A stretch of DNA of 64,000 nucleotides from Picochlorum sp. SENEW3 (GCA_034226945.1 CP120462.1:868001-932000); one strand, 5' to 3'; shown: positions 1 through 10,824, numbered from the stretch's first letter. Numbers and translations are program-made. Notes: generated by a model from the letters alone, not told the origin.

Positions 1-520
1 GGGAATATATGGGGTCGTACGTTTCTGAGCATTCAGGAGAAAAGGTGCGATGTAAAAGCACCGCCATAGCCACCTGATACCGAATATGAACAGCGCCAGG
101 CTGTTCCACTGACCCAAGTCCCCACACATACATGCATTGTATGTGTCCATCCATATTCACCATGTGATCACGCAATGCCTGAAGAGTACTCTTGAAGTAC
201 ATGGAATCCTGAACTTCAGAGATGGCAGATTCAACGAGAACAGTGTAGTGCGCAATGACCCGCTCAGACGGAGCAGGGTCCTTGTCTTCTGACAACCTCT
301 GTCGACCAACCCCGCCGCCCATCTGCTCGCCTTCTTCTACAGATGCGTCATAATAGTAGTATAATATCTTATAGAAATAGCAATGGCGATGATGATTCAG
401 TGGATCCGTACCCATCGTGAGATGCTTCCGCATGCTGTGCATGTTCCTCTTCTTCTTCTTATTTCTCCGAGAAGAGGACCCGACAGTGGTCCAACCACCG
501 TTTTCGTTATTGGTAGACAT
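1..520 (-). CDS. SRR1: SRR1-like protein (sensitivity to red light reduced 1), runs off window start
   Basis: Not in the ORF track. Manual translation from ATG at 520 gives MSTNNENGGWTTV...RRNKKKK...MYVWGLGSVEQPGAVHIRYQVAMAVLL...TYDPIYS, matching SRR1 motifs (xxGLGS, xQLA, YDPxFS). Probable in-frame 75-nt intron at 337-411. Confidence 0.75.
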   Translation of the reverse strand, partial: MSTNNENGGWTTVGSSSRRNKKKKRNMHSMRKHLTMGTDPLNHHRHCYFYKILYYYYDASVEEGEQMGGGVGRQRLSEDKDPAPSERVIAHYTVLVESAISEVQDSMYFKSTLQALRDHMVNMDGHIQCMYVWGLGSVEQPGAVHIRYQVAMAVLLHRTFSPECSETYDPIYS

Positions 521-531
521 TATATATTACA

Positions 532-2000
532 TTATGATTTTTTAAGTAGAGACAGGGCTCTGTTTTTCTGTTCTACAAGGGTGGCATTCTCACGTTCTAA
601 TTCCTGGATTCGAGCCTGCAGTTGTTCCTGGACATTTTCCTGCTCTTGCCCCGGCATGGGCTGCGTCATGCCTTGTGATTCCATCATGGATGTGATTGTA
701 TACTCGTCAGATACTCTATATAGGGTACTATTGCTGCTGCTAGAATCAATGAGGACCATGGTTTGTTGCCATGGTTTGAGCGGGACACCTGAGGATCCTG
801 CAACCTTGGCAAAGTTTCCTAAAGGCATCATACGAAGGCTTGATTCGGGCACCTGCCCACGTCCTCGCCCCGACATGCCGAGTGGGTACTTCAACACGAG
901 AACAGTTGCGACTGGTGCACCGATTGAAGACTTGCGAATATGCTGACCTGTGACAGTGTCCCACGTGATTACTGATCCATCCTCTGTTCCAGCAACCAAG
1001 GTTGCGCCATCTCTCGATAACGCCAATGAGGTCACTCCACCGCACTGGGTTTTGAATTTTTTAATCATGTTTCTACTAATATGAGTATTTGACTGCTGCG
1101 CATCACTGGCTGCTTCTATAAAAGACACACTGAAAATGTTCCCACTACTTGATCCAACATACACACAGTACTCCAATGGATCGAGAGCTATGCTCATCAA
1201 AGCACAAGGTAATGTTACCTTTTGCAACAGTCGTCCTGACAGGAGGGACCTCACCGAGATTGTATGATCCAAACTGCAGACAAACACGTATGGATCAGTC
1301 ACCCCTGCCCCGACGCAAACCTGACTGATCGGCATCGTATGGTCGCTCCACGTGTGCAAACTCCCCTGTTGATTCTCTTGTGATAGAACACCTGCAACAG
1401 ACCACACAGTGACCAGACTATCCTCGCTCCCAGCCACAATCTCTGTCCCTTTGTCACTGAATGCAATCGTTGTCACCCTTTTGTGATGCGCCTTCCATGA
1501 CAGGAGAAGCTTGCCCACGCTGGCATCCCATATATGAATATTTCCTGAATCACCTCCAGTAGCGCAGAGAATCCCATCCTTGCTGCACGCAATACTCCAG
1601 CATTTCTCTGGAACAAAACTCTTCTGAAGTATCTGTTCCTGCACACATCAACAACAAAACGATACATATCAGCCTGATCTGATCTAGGGCAAAATACAAA
1701 GCCTATATCTTCATCATACCTTTCTCCAGTCCCAAAAGTGTAGAATCGGCTTTTGATGCTGGCAGCTTGCGAAATAATCCCTCCCAATTGTACATGCAGC
1801 TCTCAAAGCGTTCGAGTTTCCTTTAAAACTACACAGCGATGTACCCGTAGCAAGGTCCCTGAAATATTCATGAAATATGCATTGCACTCAGATGTCCCAA
1901 TAGCAGGATGATGCAGAAAGTATGGATCGTACCATGCATGGACCATGCCACTCGAAGCAGCTGGAAACACAAGGATGATATCATCATCCTGAGTAGCCAT
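532..2000 (-). CDS. WDR18: WD40 pre-rRNA processing protein WDR18/IPI3/RID3-like (3 exons)
   Basis: Spliced N-terminus (HAW|DLATGTSLCSFK...LHFWDWRK|EQILQKSFVPEK), WD40 repeats and a C-terminal coiled coil. GT-AG introns at about 1860-1932 and 1639-1720. Confidence 0.8.
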
Positions 2001-2067
2001 ACTGCTTTATAATTAATTAATTTAACATATGTGAATACAATTCTCAGGTGAAATGGTCAAATGTTTG

Positions 2068-3519
2068 TCAAAACAGTGTTCTTGAGAAGACATACATGAC
2101 AGCCATGTAGATGGCAAGAATTCTCCGTGCTTGGATGTCCCCTGTCGATAGCGTATCAACGAATGAATTGATACCTCCAGTCATCATATTGGCAGCCAGG
2201 AAGATGTATAGCATGCCCCTATTGACTGCATTCAGCAAAGGAGGGAGATATGGTGATGCATTGCTTCGTTTTGACACTGTCCGTGATCCCATATCCGTGT
2301 GGGAGCGCATATATCGGAGGCACACGGAATTCAACAGCATCGCCTGAACATTTATAGCGAGCATCCATGCGATGAAGGAGGCATTGCAGGATCGGCGAGA
2401 CGCAGGCTCGACATACATGGCAAGAGCCCAGTATGAGGTCCACAGGAATCCAACAAACAGGAGGAGAAGTGCGTTGATGTGTCGCCTCACCCTCAACGAT
2501 GCCATCCACACGAATACTTTAGCGCACCAAAGTCCCAAGAAATGTAAGGCTATATACCCCGGTAAGGATATGATTCCTTCCTTGTTTTGCTGCAGAAGAG
2601 AGGTGCCTCTCGCATCGCTGTTGACCAGCTCACCCAACCCAAATCCAAACCTGGATAATCCATACTGATGAGCTCCTGCCACCGTGACACCCAAAGCCAG
2701 AGGACTTGTCGACCGTGGTACATTCATGATGACGGCTCTGAGCACAGCAAGCGTCAAGAAGAAATTCCAATGCCTGCCATACTCACCTACATGGACCTGA
2801 TATCCCATCAGGGATGTCACCACGGGCTTCCCAATCCCCAAGAGGACCAACACAACAACCCGCAACAGACTGCTCCAAGAATCCTTCAGCCTCTTTGCTG
2901 TATACCTGGGAGATTTCATCTGATTCACTCCTTGCACAAAGGATGAACATAGAACAATAGACCCCACCCCTGCGTCCATCAGACTCGTACCATACGTCTC
3001 TGTCTTTGCAAATCTTCTCGGAAAAGCTCTAAAATCTACACCTAGAATAGCCAGACATGTCATCAACATGACCTGAGCCCGATGCATGGACACTGCATCC
3101 TTGATACCACCCTCCTCCAGCGCCACAGTATATGGTGGAGGCCTCATATCTCCATGCTGGTGAGACTGCTCAGCATCCCTCTTCTTCCCTACACCCAACC
3201 CTATCAATACAAAAGCGACCACAGATGCCACGACAAGCATCGCATACGCATCATACGCTTCAGTCATTCCCATAATTTCTGGCACAATCATCACCCCATA
3301 CTCCATCATACCCAGAACAATCGCCACCCTCCAATCACGTATACTACATCCACACCGAACAAGAATGCTTTCAATCGCCATGTAGATGATACTCAAGACC
3401 GTCGGCAGCGTGGTCATGACCACAATCTCAGTCACACCAGACCCAGTCAACCCCTGAACAAACGCTTCCTTGGCAGCCACTCGAGCCCGTTGCTCCTCCT
3501 GATTTTGACCCATCCACAT
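2068..3519 (-). CDS. PIGW: GPI inositol acyltransferase PIG-W/GWT1
   Basis: Motifs VDFRAFPRRFAKTETYGTSLMDAGVGS, EYGRHWNFFLTL, NKEGIISLPGY, SRRSCN; multiple TM segments. Confidence 0.95.
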   Translation of the reverse strand: MWMGQNQEEQRARVAAKEAFVQGLTGSGVTEIVVMTTLPTVLSIIYMAIESILVRCGCSIRDWRVAIVLGMMEYGVMIVPEIMGMTEAYDAYAMLVVASVVAFVLIGLGVGKKRDAEQSHQHGDMRPPPYTVALEEGGIKDAVSMHRAQVMLMTCLAILGVDFRAFPRRFAKTETYGTSLMDAGVGSIVLCSSFVQGVNQMKSPRYTAKRLKDSWSSLLRVVVLVLLGIGKPVVTSLMGYQVHVGEYGRHWNFFLTLAVLRAVIMNVPRSTSPLALGVTVAGAHQYGLSRFGFGLGELVNSDARGTSLLQQNKEGIISLPGYIALHFLGLWCAKVFVWMASLRVRRHINALLLLFVGFLWTSYWALAMYVEPASRRSCNASFIAWMLAINVQAMLLNSVCLRYMRSHTDMGSRTVSKRSNASPYLPPLLNAVNRGMLYIFLAANMMTGGINSFVDTLSTGDIQARRILAIYMAVMYVFSRTLF

Positions 3520-3885
3520 GTTTATCTATAAACCTCGATATAATATATATACTGTGTGTGTCACATAGAAATAGACGCGTCTCATCGTGCCATGGTAATT
3601 CTTGTTGAACAATTATTCTCCACAGCCAGCATCGTCCTTCTTTCTCTCTGTAAATCTTTGTTTGTATGGCCCAGTATATGCAAATTGAATGAATTCTTAA
3701 TAATGGAATTGAAATAAGCAGAAACAGGAGCGTATCCATGCCATATGGTCACTGGGCCAGTTTGAATTATGGAAAGCGCGCTGGCTCCATGCAATACCTT
3801 ATGGCGCTTTTTCCTATCCATGCTGCTGTTGGATTGCCGAAAAAATAATAATTATGTATGTTATTGTACGCAACGGGTATTTGTG

Positions 3886-4686
3886 ATGAAGAGCGTGGTG
3901 ATTCCAGTCCCCTTGAAACCCTCCTCTGTTCCTCTGGACTCGACGGTCAGTCGCGATACCACACCAACGATTGGCTTGGAAGGACGACTCAGACTGTATA
4001 GCCGTGACACGGTTACACAACCAGACATGGGCCTCGTCGTTCTACATCCCTATTCTCTGCTGGGTGGGTCCATGAACGATGCCATTGTCACAGAGGTTAT
4101 GAGACAGAGCCAGGCACTGAAATATTTTGGTGCAGTCTTGTGCTACAACATGCGAGGCGTTGGTGGCAGTGAGGGCAACAAGATGAGTGCCAGGAATCTC
4201 TTTGGAAGTGGACAAGAAGATGCGGCAGATGTGCACCATGTGATTGATTGGCTGGTGGCTAGGATGCAAGAGGTCCATACAGGGTCAGAAAAGCACATTG
4301 CTCTGGTGGGATACAGTTTCGGTGCAGCATTGGCAGCCCAAGCCATTGAACATGTCCGTGTTTCAGCATACGCTGGTATTAGCGTGCCGATCGGCACGCT
4401 AGCATCGAGCTTGTTGAGAACAAGGACCTATTGCAACAGCCTCTTCTCCAGCGACAAGAGGAAACTCATCCTCGTTGGGGACCAGGACCAGTACACATCC
4501 ATTCAGCAGCTTGAACGAATGCTTTCATCTCATGTCGACACGGATCATGGATCCGTCTCGTTACAACAGGCAGGCAGTGTCGCTGGTATTCATGTCCATG
4601 TGTTTGAGAACAATGATCACTTTTGGGGAAATGATCATGCCCTTATGGTGGAGACCCTGATGGCGTGGTTGGTTGAACAAACGTGA
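3886..4686 (+). CDS. Alpha/beta-fold hydrolase
   Basis: VVLHPYSLLGGSMND, YNMRGVGGSEG, nucleophile GYSFG, GDQDQY, DHFW. Start at 3886 is inferred (ORF is open from 3769). Confidence 0.85.
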   Translation: MKSVVIPVPLKPSSVPLDSTVSRDTTPTIGLEGRLRLYSRDTVTQPDMGLVVLHPYSLLGGSMNDAIVTEVMRQSQALKYFGAVLCYNMRGVGGSEGNKMSARNLFGSGQEDAADVHHVIDWLVARMQEVHTGSEKHIALVGYSFGAALAAQAIEHVRVSAYAGISVPIGTLASSLLRTRTYCNSLFSSDKRKLILVGDQDQYTSIQQLERMLSSHVDTDHGSVSLQQAGSVAGIHVHVFENNDHFWGNDHALMVETLMAWLVEQT

Positions 4687-4712
4687 CTTAAAAGAATAGT
4701 ACAGAATAGCCC

Positions 4713-5840
4713 ATGGTACCACCCATTGTCCTGGTAGCAACGACAGTGTGTGTCCCACCTGTCGTACTACGGGTTGCCCACGCACGAGGGTCTCGGGGAC
4801 TGCTCAGCGCCATCGCCCTTCTTGTGTGTCTCTATAACGCACTATTCCCAGCATTGCTATTATCTGATAGTACTACGAGTACAAATAAGGCAATTGTGCT
4901 GTTGTTGTATACATGGCTTGCAAATTTCAAATCAATCGGGCTTTGTTTGCAACGCGGGCCTCTGTGTTCGTGTGTGAACATTTGGCAGTATATTCTCATA
5001 TATAACCTTCCTATGATACCAGTGTTGGATGATAATAAGGGTAGAAGAACGAATGCAAGACAGCATGAATCTCTGAGCGACCACCCACGAGGGCTGGTGG
5101 TGGGGTTGGTTGGCAAGGTGGTGGCCTTGCTGGTTGTCACGGTGATTCTGTGCCGAATAGATGGATTGTACACGGATTATTACAATGATTTGCCTCTGTA
5201 TATGCAATGTGTATGCGAGATATGTGACTGTATCGGATTGTATGCGTTTATCAGCATCATCATGCAAGCTGGCTCTGTGGTCTTGCAGTGTCTGCCTGCG
5301 ACAACCTCCATGCGGGTTGCTGTCGATTTTGACAAGCCATGGGAGAGCACGTCGTTGACAGATTTTTGGTCGAGGCGGTGGAATTTGAATACTGGGTATT
5401 CGCTTCGATATCTGGTGTATGATGTGATTGTGGAGCAGTCTCTGGTCAAGAGGCAAAAGACTCCAGCTGGAGAGGCACCTCCACGAATGAGGAGGATGAT
5501 TGCCATGATGGCAGCCTTTGCTGTGAGTGGAATGATGCATGAGATGTTTTTGGTGTATTTACGATATTCCCTATCGTCGCATGGGATGTGGATGGCATTC
5601 TTCACGATACAAGGGCCTTGCATTCTGTTGTTTGATTACCACTGTCTCAAAGGGTATGGAGCGCGTATGCATCCCAGTATCAAGAGGGTGGCCACGTTGA
5701 CAATCTTATTTGGTCTGGCTCATGTTCTCTTCTTCCCTGATATTGTGCGTATGGGAATACCGAGAGAGGTTCATGATAATGTCTCGCAGGTGTTTAGATT
5801 GCTCTTGCCAAACAGCACTGTATACAGGTACCATACGTAG
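4713..5840 (+). CDS. MBOAT acyltransferase (wax synthase / sterol O-acyltransferase-like)
   Basis: FDKPWESTSLTDFWSRRWNL and AFAVSGMMHE (catalytic His) MBOAT_2 motifs; hydrophobic segments. Confidence 0.9.
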   Translation: MVPPIVLVATTVCVPPVVLRVAHARGSRGLLSAIALLVCLYNALFPALLLSDSTTSTNKAIVLLLYTWLANFKSIGLCLQRGPLCSCVNIWQYILIYNLPMIPVLDDNKGRRTNARQHESLSDHPRGLVVGLVGKVVALLVVTVILCRIDGLYTDYYNDLPLYMQCVCEICDCIGLYAFISIIMQAGSVVLQCLPATTSMRVAVDFDKPWESTSLTDFWSRRWNLNTGYSLRYLVYDVIVEQSLVKRQKTPAGEAPPRMRRMIAMMAAFAVSGMMHEMFLVYLRYSLSSHGMWMAFFTIQGPCILLFDYHCLKGYGARMHPSIKRVATLTILFGLAHVLFFPDIVRMGIPREVHDNVSQVFRLLLPNSTVYRYHT

Positions 5841-6068
5841 GAGTATGGTAGATTGATTTACATGTAAGCACATAAGTTATATATATATACGATGATACAT
5901 TGTACTATGTAAAGGAATTGTACGTAAAAAACAGGGTAGAACAGTGGTTGATATGTTCTTCTTTCTCCTCTTATTCTTCGCTTGTTCCACTTTTTTCTCC
6001 TACTCCTACTCCTTCTTCCTCTCACTTATAAAACGAATAGTGATGCATCAAAAACAACAACAAAAGCA

Positions 6069-7754
6069 TCACATGTCCAGGAGAAGTTGTTTAGCAATAT
6101 GTCTCCCGTGCTTGCTCCCCATGAGCATGGCCCGATAGGGTGCCAAATGTCTTGACAGCATCTGGCGAACTCTAATGGATGACATCATCAACATTCTCTG
6201 AACAACATAATTACCATACCTATTGATGGCGATATTCACGACAATCTGATCAATGTTCCCTGCAGTACGGCATTGCTCAAGGAATGCAATGATCACTGCA
6301 TCGCTCTGTTCTGCATTGCTATTCAACAGGAATGTTTCAAATACGTTGGACCCAAACTTGTCACAGGCCAGCGTCAACAAAGGACATTGTACTAAAAACT
6401 CGTGCACGGCGCGACGGACCCCCCACATGTTTGCCTGTATCAAATTCTGAACCAGATAATTCCCATACTCATCATAGGCAAGTTCACCTACAACATCAAG
6501 AAGACGCCGTGTCGCTGCTTTTGACAGGTTCCTTGAGATATCCGACTCCAACGCCGTCTTCAATACTGTCACCCCGTACTTGTGCGTCGCCAAGACCACC
6601 GCATACTCGCATATAGATGCGTGCATTCGCCCCACATGAGACGGCCTGTCTTGCCGTGGTAATGTCATGAGAGCATTAATCACATGATTGGCATTCTGAC
6701 TCTGGAGGCAATGCAATGCAAATGGTTCTAACGCATCGCACATCTTCGATCTGTAGTCCATGGACAAATGCTTCATGGCGCACTGAACCACGCGGCAACC
6801 ATAAAAGTTCAACGAGAATTGCAGCACATTGGCCACAATCACAGCTCCCAGCTGCTGTGCCACCTTGGGGGATGCTTCCATCAATAAACACTGCACTGTA
6901 TAGTTCCCATACATGTCCAAGCATAGATACATAATGTCTTTCGAAAGCATCTGATAGATACGATCAATCGCCTGGTAATCATCATCATCCTTGTCATCAT
7001 GTGGAGGCATCCCTCTGTGGGATGATGATCTGGCCCATATCGATGGGGCCGGTGTGTTGCCATGCGACAGAATGATTGCCTGTAGCGCCTTTGATCCCTC
7101 ATGATCAAATGCTACTCGTCGCACAATATCAGGATCCATCGCACTGACATCCCCATTCGACATCACATCAATCTCACCACTGCTCACGGTGCCCCTTCCT
7201 TTGGAGACATACTCCTCATGCGCCGCTTCCATAGACACTGACTCATACACAGGTATCTGAAACTCCTTTTCCCGAGTACGAAACGCTTCATCCGAGACAC
7301 ATAGCCCAATCATCGACGCAATGGCAGACTTATCAGGCTTTGACTGCTGCCGAACATCAACGGCAGATGCCGATGACCGGGATGATGGCATACTGCTCTT
7401 CCCACTGCTCGAAACACTGGGAGCACCACGCATCCCTTTATTATTGCTCCCACCACCATGACTCCTCCCAGAAACACCACGCATCCCTTTATTATTGCTC
7501 CTTCCACCATGACTCCCCCTGTCTCTCCCAGAAGCACCACGCATCCCTCCACTGCCGCCCTGACCCTGCTCCATCACATACCCCATGGGAGGATAACTCG
7601 AGTACATGGCTCCATAGATTTCATGAGGACTACCACTGTACACAGGCCCACCGCTCACCATCACAGGCATAGCCTGATGATAGTATTGGATATAATATGT
7701 GCCAGTCTCCTCGTACTCCTCCACCCCCTTCTCCCTGTGGTTGCTCGGATCCAT
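6069..7754 (-). CDS. Pumilio/PUF RNA-binding protein
   Basis: Eight PUF repeats (e.g. DMYGNYTVQ, NFYGCRVVQ, DKFGSNVFE, NRYGNYVVQ) and a low-complexity N-terminus. Confidence 0.9.
   Translation of the reverse strand: MDPSNHREKGVEEYEETGTYYIQYYHQAMPVMVSGGPVYSGSPHEIYGAMYSSYPPMGYVMEQGQGGSGGMRGASGRDRGSHGGRSNNKGMRGVSGRSHGGGSNNKGMRGAPSVSSSGKSSMPSSRSSASAVDVRQQSKPDKSAIASMIGLCVSDEAFRTREKEFQIPVYESVSMEAAHEEYVSKGRGTVSSGEIDVMSNGDVSAMDPDIVRRVAFDHEGSKALQAIILSHGNTPAPSIWARSSSHRGMPPHDDKDDDDYQAIDRIYQMLSKDIMYLCLDMYGNYTVQCLLMEASPKVAQQLGAVIVANVLQFSLNFYGCRVVQCAMKHLSMDYRSKMCDALEPFALHCLQSQNANHVINALMTLPRQDRPSHVGRMHASICEYAVVLATHKYGVTVLKTALESDISRNLSKAATRRLLDVVGELAYDEYGNYLVQNLIQANMWGVRRAVHEFLVQCPLLTLACDKFGSNVFETFLLNSNAEQSDAVIIAFLEQCRTAGNIDQIVVNIAINRYGNYVVQRMLMMSSIRVRQMLSRHLAPYRAMLMGSKHGRHIAKQLLLDM
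7424..7547. repeat. Coding tandem repeat (51- and 60-nt units) in PUF N-terminus
   Basis: caccacgcatccc recurs at 7424, 7475 and 7535; encodes GMRG..G.SHGG.SNNK repeats. Confidence 0.9.
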
Positions 7755-8205
7755 CCAATTGTGATACAAACAATCTCTATACAATTATTTTTATATAGTA
7801 GTAATATATTAATACGCAGTAACCAATTCGTACACCCAAGTGCGATAGTGACACATCAGAAACGTTGCTCTTGGTAGGTTCCTGAACGCATCATCAGCAG
7901 CAGAGAACCATGGGGTTGTCAAAGGAATATGAGAAAAAAATTATTGCATAGTACAGTACAAAAGTTGATATGGTGACGTTTGTACAATTGCAAGGCCACC
8001 GTTGATCGGAGCCGTAACGTGATGGCGTAGCGTGATCTGCAAGGATTCGTGATTTCGGCCGAATCTAGGGCACCCCGTACCAGGGGGGATTACCCTACCA
8101 ATCCGGATGTAATACATCAAAATGTTCAATTCAAGGAACTTTTCAATGTATTTTGGGGAAGAAGAAGAAGCTTCTCAGGTTTAAAAATATATATCATGAA
8201 ACCCC

Positions 8206-9330
8206 ATGAAGAACAAGAAGAAGGATGATGATGGTGAGGATGGAAACAGCAACAACAACAAAGAAGGAACATGTCAATCCCATGCAGGAGGAGGAATTCC
8301 TGATGCGACACAGTACTCTCTTGTGCGTCGTATAGGTGATGGTAGCTATTCTGATGTCTATATAGCAGAACATGTGTCCACTGGGGAGGTCTGTGCGTTG
8401 AAAGTGGTGGATAAGTATCACATTATTAAGAATCATGCGGTGGATGGAATTCGACGAGAGAAACAATTGTTGGAAAGGATGCGGGGGGAGGAGTCGATCG
8501 TTGAATTATTATTTACATATCAGGATTCTAGTAATTTATATATAGGGTTGGAGTTGTGTATGTATGGGGAGTTGTATGAACAGATTGACCAGGCCGTGGG
8601 TCTGGGGGGTATGGATGTGGGGAGGATTCGGATGTATGCTGCGGAGATTGTGGTGATGTTGGAGGCGTTGAGGAGGTATGGGGTGGTGCATAGGGATTTG
8701 AAGCCGGAGAATATATTGTTGGGTGCGGGGGGCCACCTGAAGTTGATTGATTTTGGGTGTGCCAAGGATGTTTCTTCTTCTTCTAGTTCTTCTTCTTCTT
8801 CTTCTTCTGAGGATAGAAGAATAGAAGGGTGTGATGTGAGAAAGAAAAGGACCGTGTCTTTGGTGGGGACTGCCGAGTATGTGCCTCCAGAGGTGTTGGA
8901 GAATTCTGGGGAGGTGTCGTATGGGGTTGACCTGTGGGCGCTTGGGTGCATTATCTATCACATGTGTGCGGGGAAGACTCCGTTCAAAGGTGGGTCGGAG
9001 TATCTCACGTTTCAAAATATTGTGAAGAATGATGTGGATATGGGGCCTGTGATGGAGAGGGGAGGGGAGGTGGCGTGTGATCTTGTGAAAGGATTGCTGC
9101 AGTCGGTGCCGGAGAAGAGGCTGGGGTATGCGTCCCTGGATGCGTTGAAATCGCACGAATTTTTCAAAGGGATTGCGTGGGATTCTCTATATAGGTCTAA
9201 AGCTCCGGCTCCGCTGACAAAGCGACCCTTGGCAGTCGGAGAAGAAGAAGATGATGACGAGTTTGATTGGGAGCTCAGGTCTCTGAGGTCTCAGCTCCAT
9301 GCCACCAGCATCTCGTCAAACCAATCCTGA
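8206..9330 (+). CDS. PDK1: PDK1-like AGC protein kinase, no PH domain
   Basis: GDGSYSDV, ALKVVDK.HIIK, FTYQD, HRDLKPEN, VGTAEYVPPE, TPFKGGSEYLTFQ are PDK1-type motifs; poly-Ser insert in the activation segment. Confidence 0.85.
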   Translation: MKNKKKDDDGEDGNSNNNKEGTCQSHAGGGIPDATQYSLVRRIGDGSYSDVYIAEHVSTGEVCALKVVDKYHIIKNHAVDGIRREKQLLERMRGEESIVELLFTYQDSSNLYIGLELCMYGELYEQIDQAVGLGGMDVGRIRMYAAEIVVMLEALRRYGVVHRDLKPENILLGAGGHLKLIDFGCAKDVSSSSSSSSSSSSEDRRIEGCDVRKKRTVSLVGTAEYVPPEVLENSGEVSYGVDLWALGCIIYHMCAGKTPFKGGSEYLTFQNIVKNDVDMGPVMERGGEVACDLVKGLLQSVPEKRLGYASLDALKSHEFFKGIAWDSLYRSKAPAPLTKRPLAVGEEEDDDEFDWELRSLRSQLHATSISSNQS

Positions 9331-9410
9331 GTACTTTTTTAAAAAAACAATAGTTGTATTGGTACTGAATAATCAATTGTAAACGCATGATTATTATATG
9401 ATTGATCACA

Positions 9411-10523
9411 TCATGACAGCGCATCTGGTTTTGTCCAATCAAAGCCTGCCTCATCCAACAACTGTATTCGTTCCTCATGCAAGACCTTGGATCGCTTTGC
9501 TATTCTTTGAATTGAGCACCAATTGATGAGATAGAAATCTGCACCACACACACATATATATATATATATATATGATTGTTGATTCTTCTACACACAGTAT
9601 AGCGAGTACATACCTTGTGGCTTCGTAAGATTGGCATCAGACCCTTGAGAATCAGCAATAATGTACTCGTTGTACCATCGCTTCCATTCTGCAAAGTCCT
9701 CATCAAACTCAAACCCAATATCTCTTAATTTATCCACCCTTTCCTTGGATACGTTACCTTTCTTGTATTCTTTCCTTTGCTTTTTACACCACAGTCGCAG
9801 CGACTGTGGGTCATTGTCTCTATACCCACAATGGCAATCGCCATGACTCTCTCTATACTGAACAAGTTCTTCTAAACGCCTTTTCCATTCATTTTCCCCA
9901 TCCCCAGACAAGAGACCATGCTTCCAAGCCTCCAACTTGGCACCAGTGTTATCACCATCATCCTGTGTGCCCATCTCCTGGGTATCCAAGAGGAGCGCAG
10001 GCTGTTGTTGCACCAGTTTCGCTACATCCACGCCATCCGATGCATCATCGATCCGAAGCTCTAATAATCGCCTTGTCAGTTGCTGTATGCTTGTATCCAG
10101 AAGCTTTGGTTCTCTCTGAACCATCCATACTACATCTATATCCTCTCTCGATCCTAAAAACCGATGCAGATCAAGAATACGCTGCGATGCCCATACAACA
10201 CTCGCTGGCACTTCTTTACCTCCATCCATCAGATCCCACGTCGACGAGACACCTGGAATGTCGACCACATCCTCATGTGCTCCATCCTGCACTGCAGTTT
10301 GAACATCCCCCCTGTCAACCACCTCTGTGAGGGACAGTTCCACCAATAATTGCCTACTCTCGTCATTCACGACTCCCCTCGAGTACCAAAACGAGTCTAA
10401 AACTCTTGCTTCATCGTTATGGGATGCAGATGGCGTGATTCTATCCACTCGTACAACTCTGCCAGAACGTCTGTTTGTTCTCCAGTGTGGTTGAGTTGCC
10501 CAGACACTGCAACACGCCGTCAT
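9411..10523 (-). CDS. Organelle-targeted protein with two helicase-associated (HA) domains
   Basis: WKRRLEELVQYRESHGDC...LRLWCKKQRK...ERVDKLRDIGFEFD. After an intron (about 9539-9613) a second HA repeat follows: NWCSIQRIAKRSKVLHEERIQLLDEAGFDW, stop at 9411. Transit-peptide-like N-terminus. Confidence 0.75.
9545..9572. repeat. (CA)n(TA)n microsatellite inside intron
   Basis: cacacacacatatatatatatatatata seen directly. Confidence 0.9.
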
Positions 10524-10824
10524 GAATTGTATACCCTGTGTTCACTATTGCACCATCAATCAATTGATTGGTTCGCAAATAATGATGTATCTGTTGTTGA
10601 TCGGATCGATGAGATTTTTGTTTGTTTTAAATATCGATAGAAGGAAAATGGATGCGCTCGAGAGCATTTGTATTACTATGTACTCTGGGATGGCACATTG
10701 TGTATGCATAATTCTTAAATGACTGTATTGGTGGAGTTGAAGGGAGTCGACATGCTTGAATTGGCATATAGGTGACGACATTGGAACAAGACGAAGACGA
10801 AGACGAAGACGAAGAAAGGGAAAC

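Noticed and set aside
10790..10815. Poly-Arg N-terminus of HscB
   Set aside because: A (GACGAA)n microsatellite upstream of the likely ATG at 10825; the longer ORF starts at a non-ATG codon.
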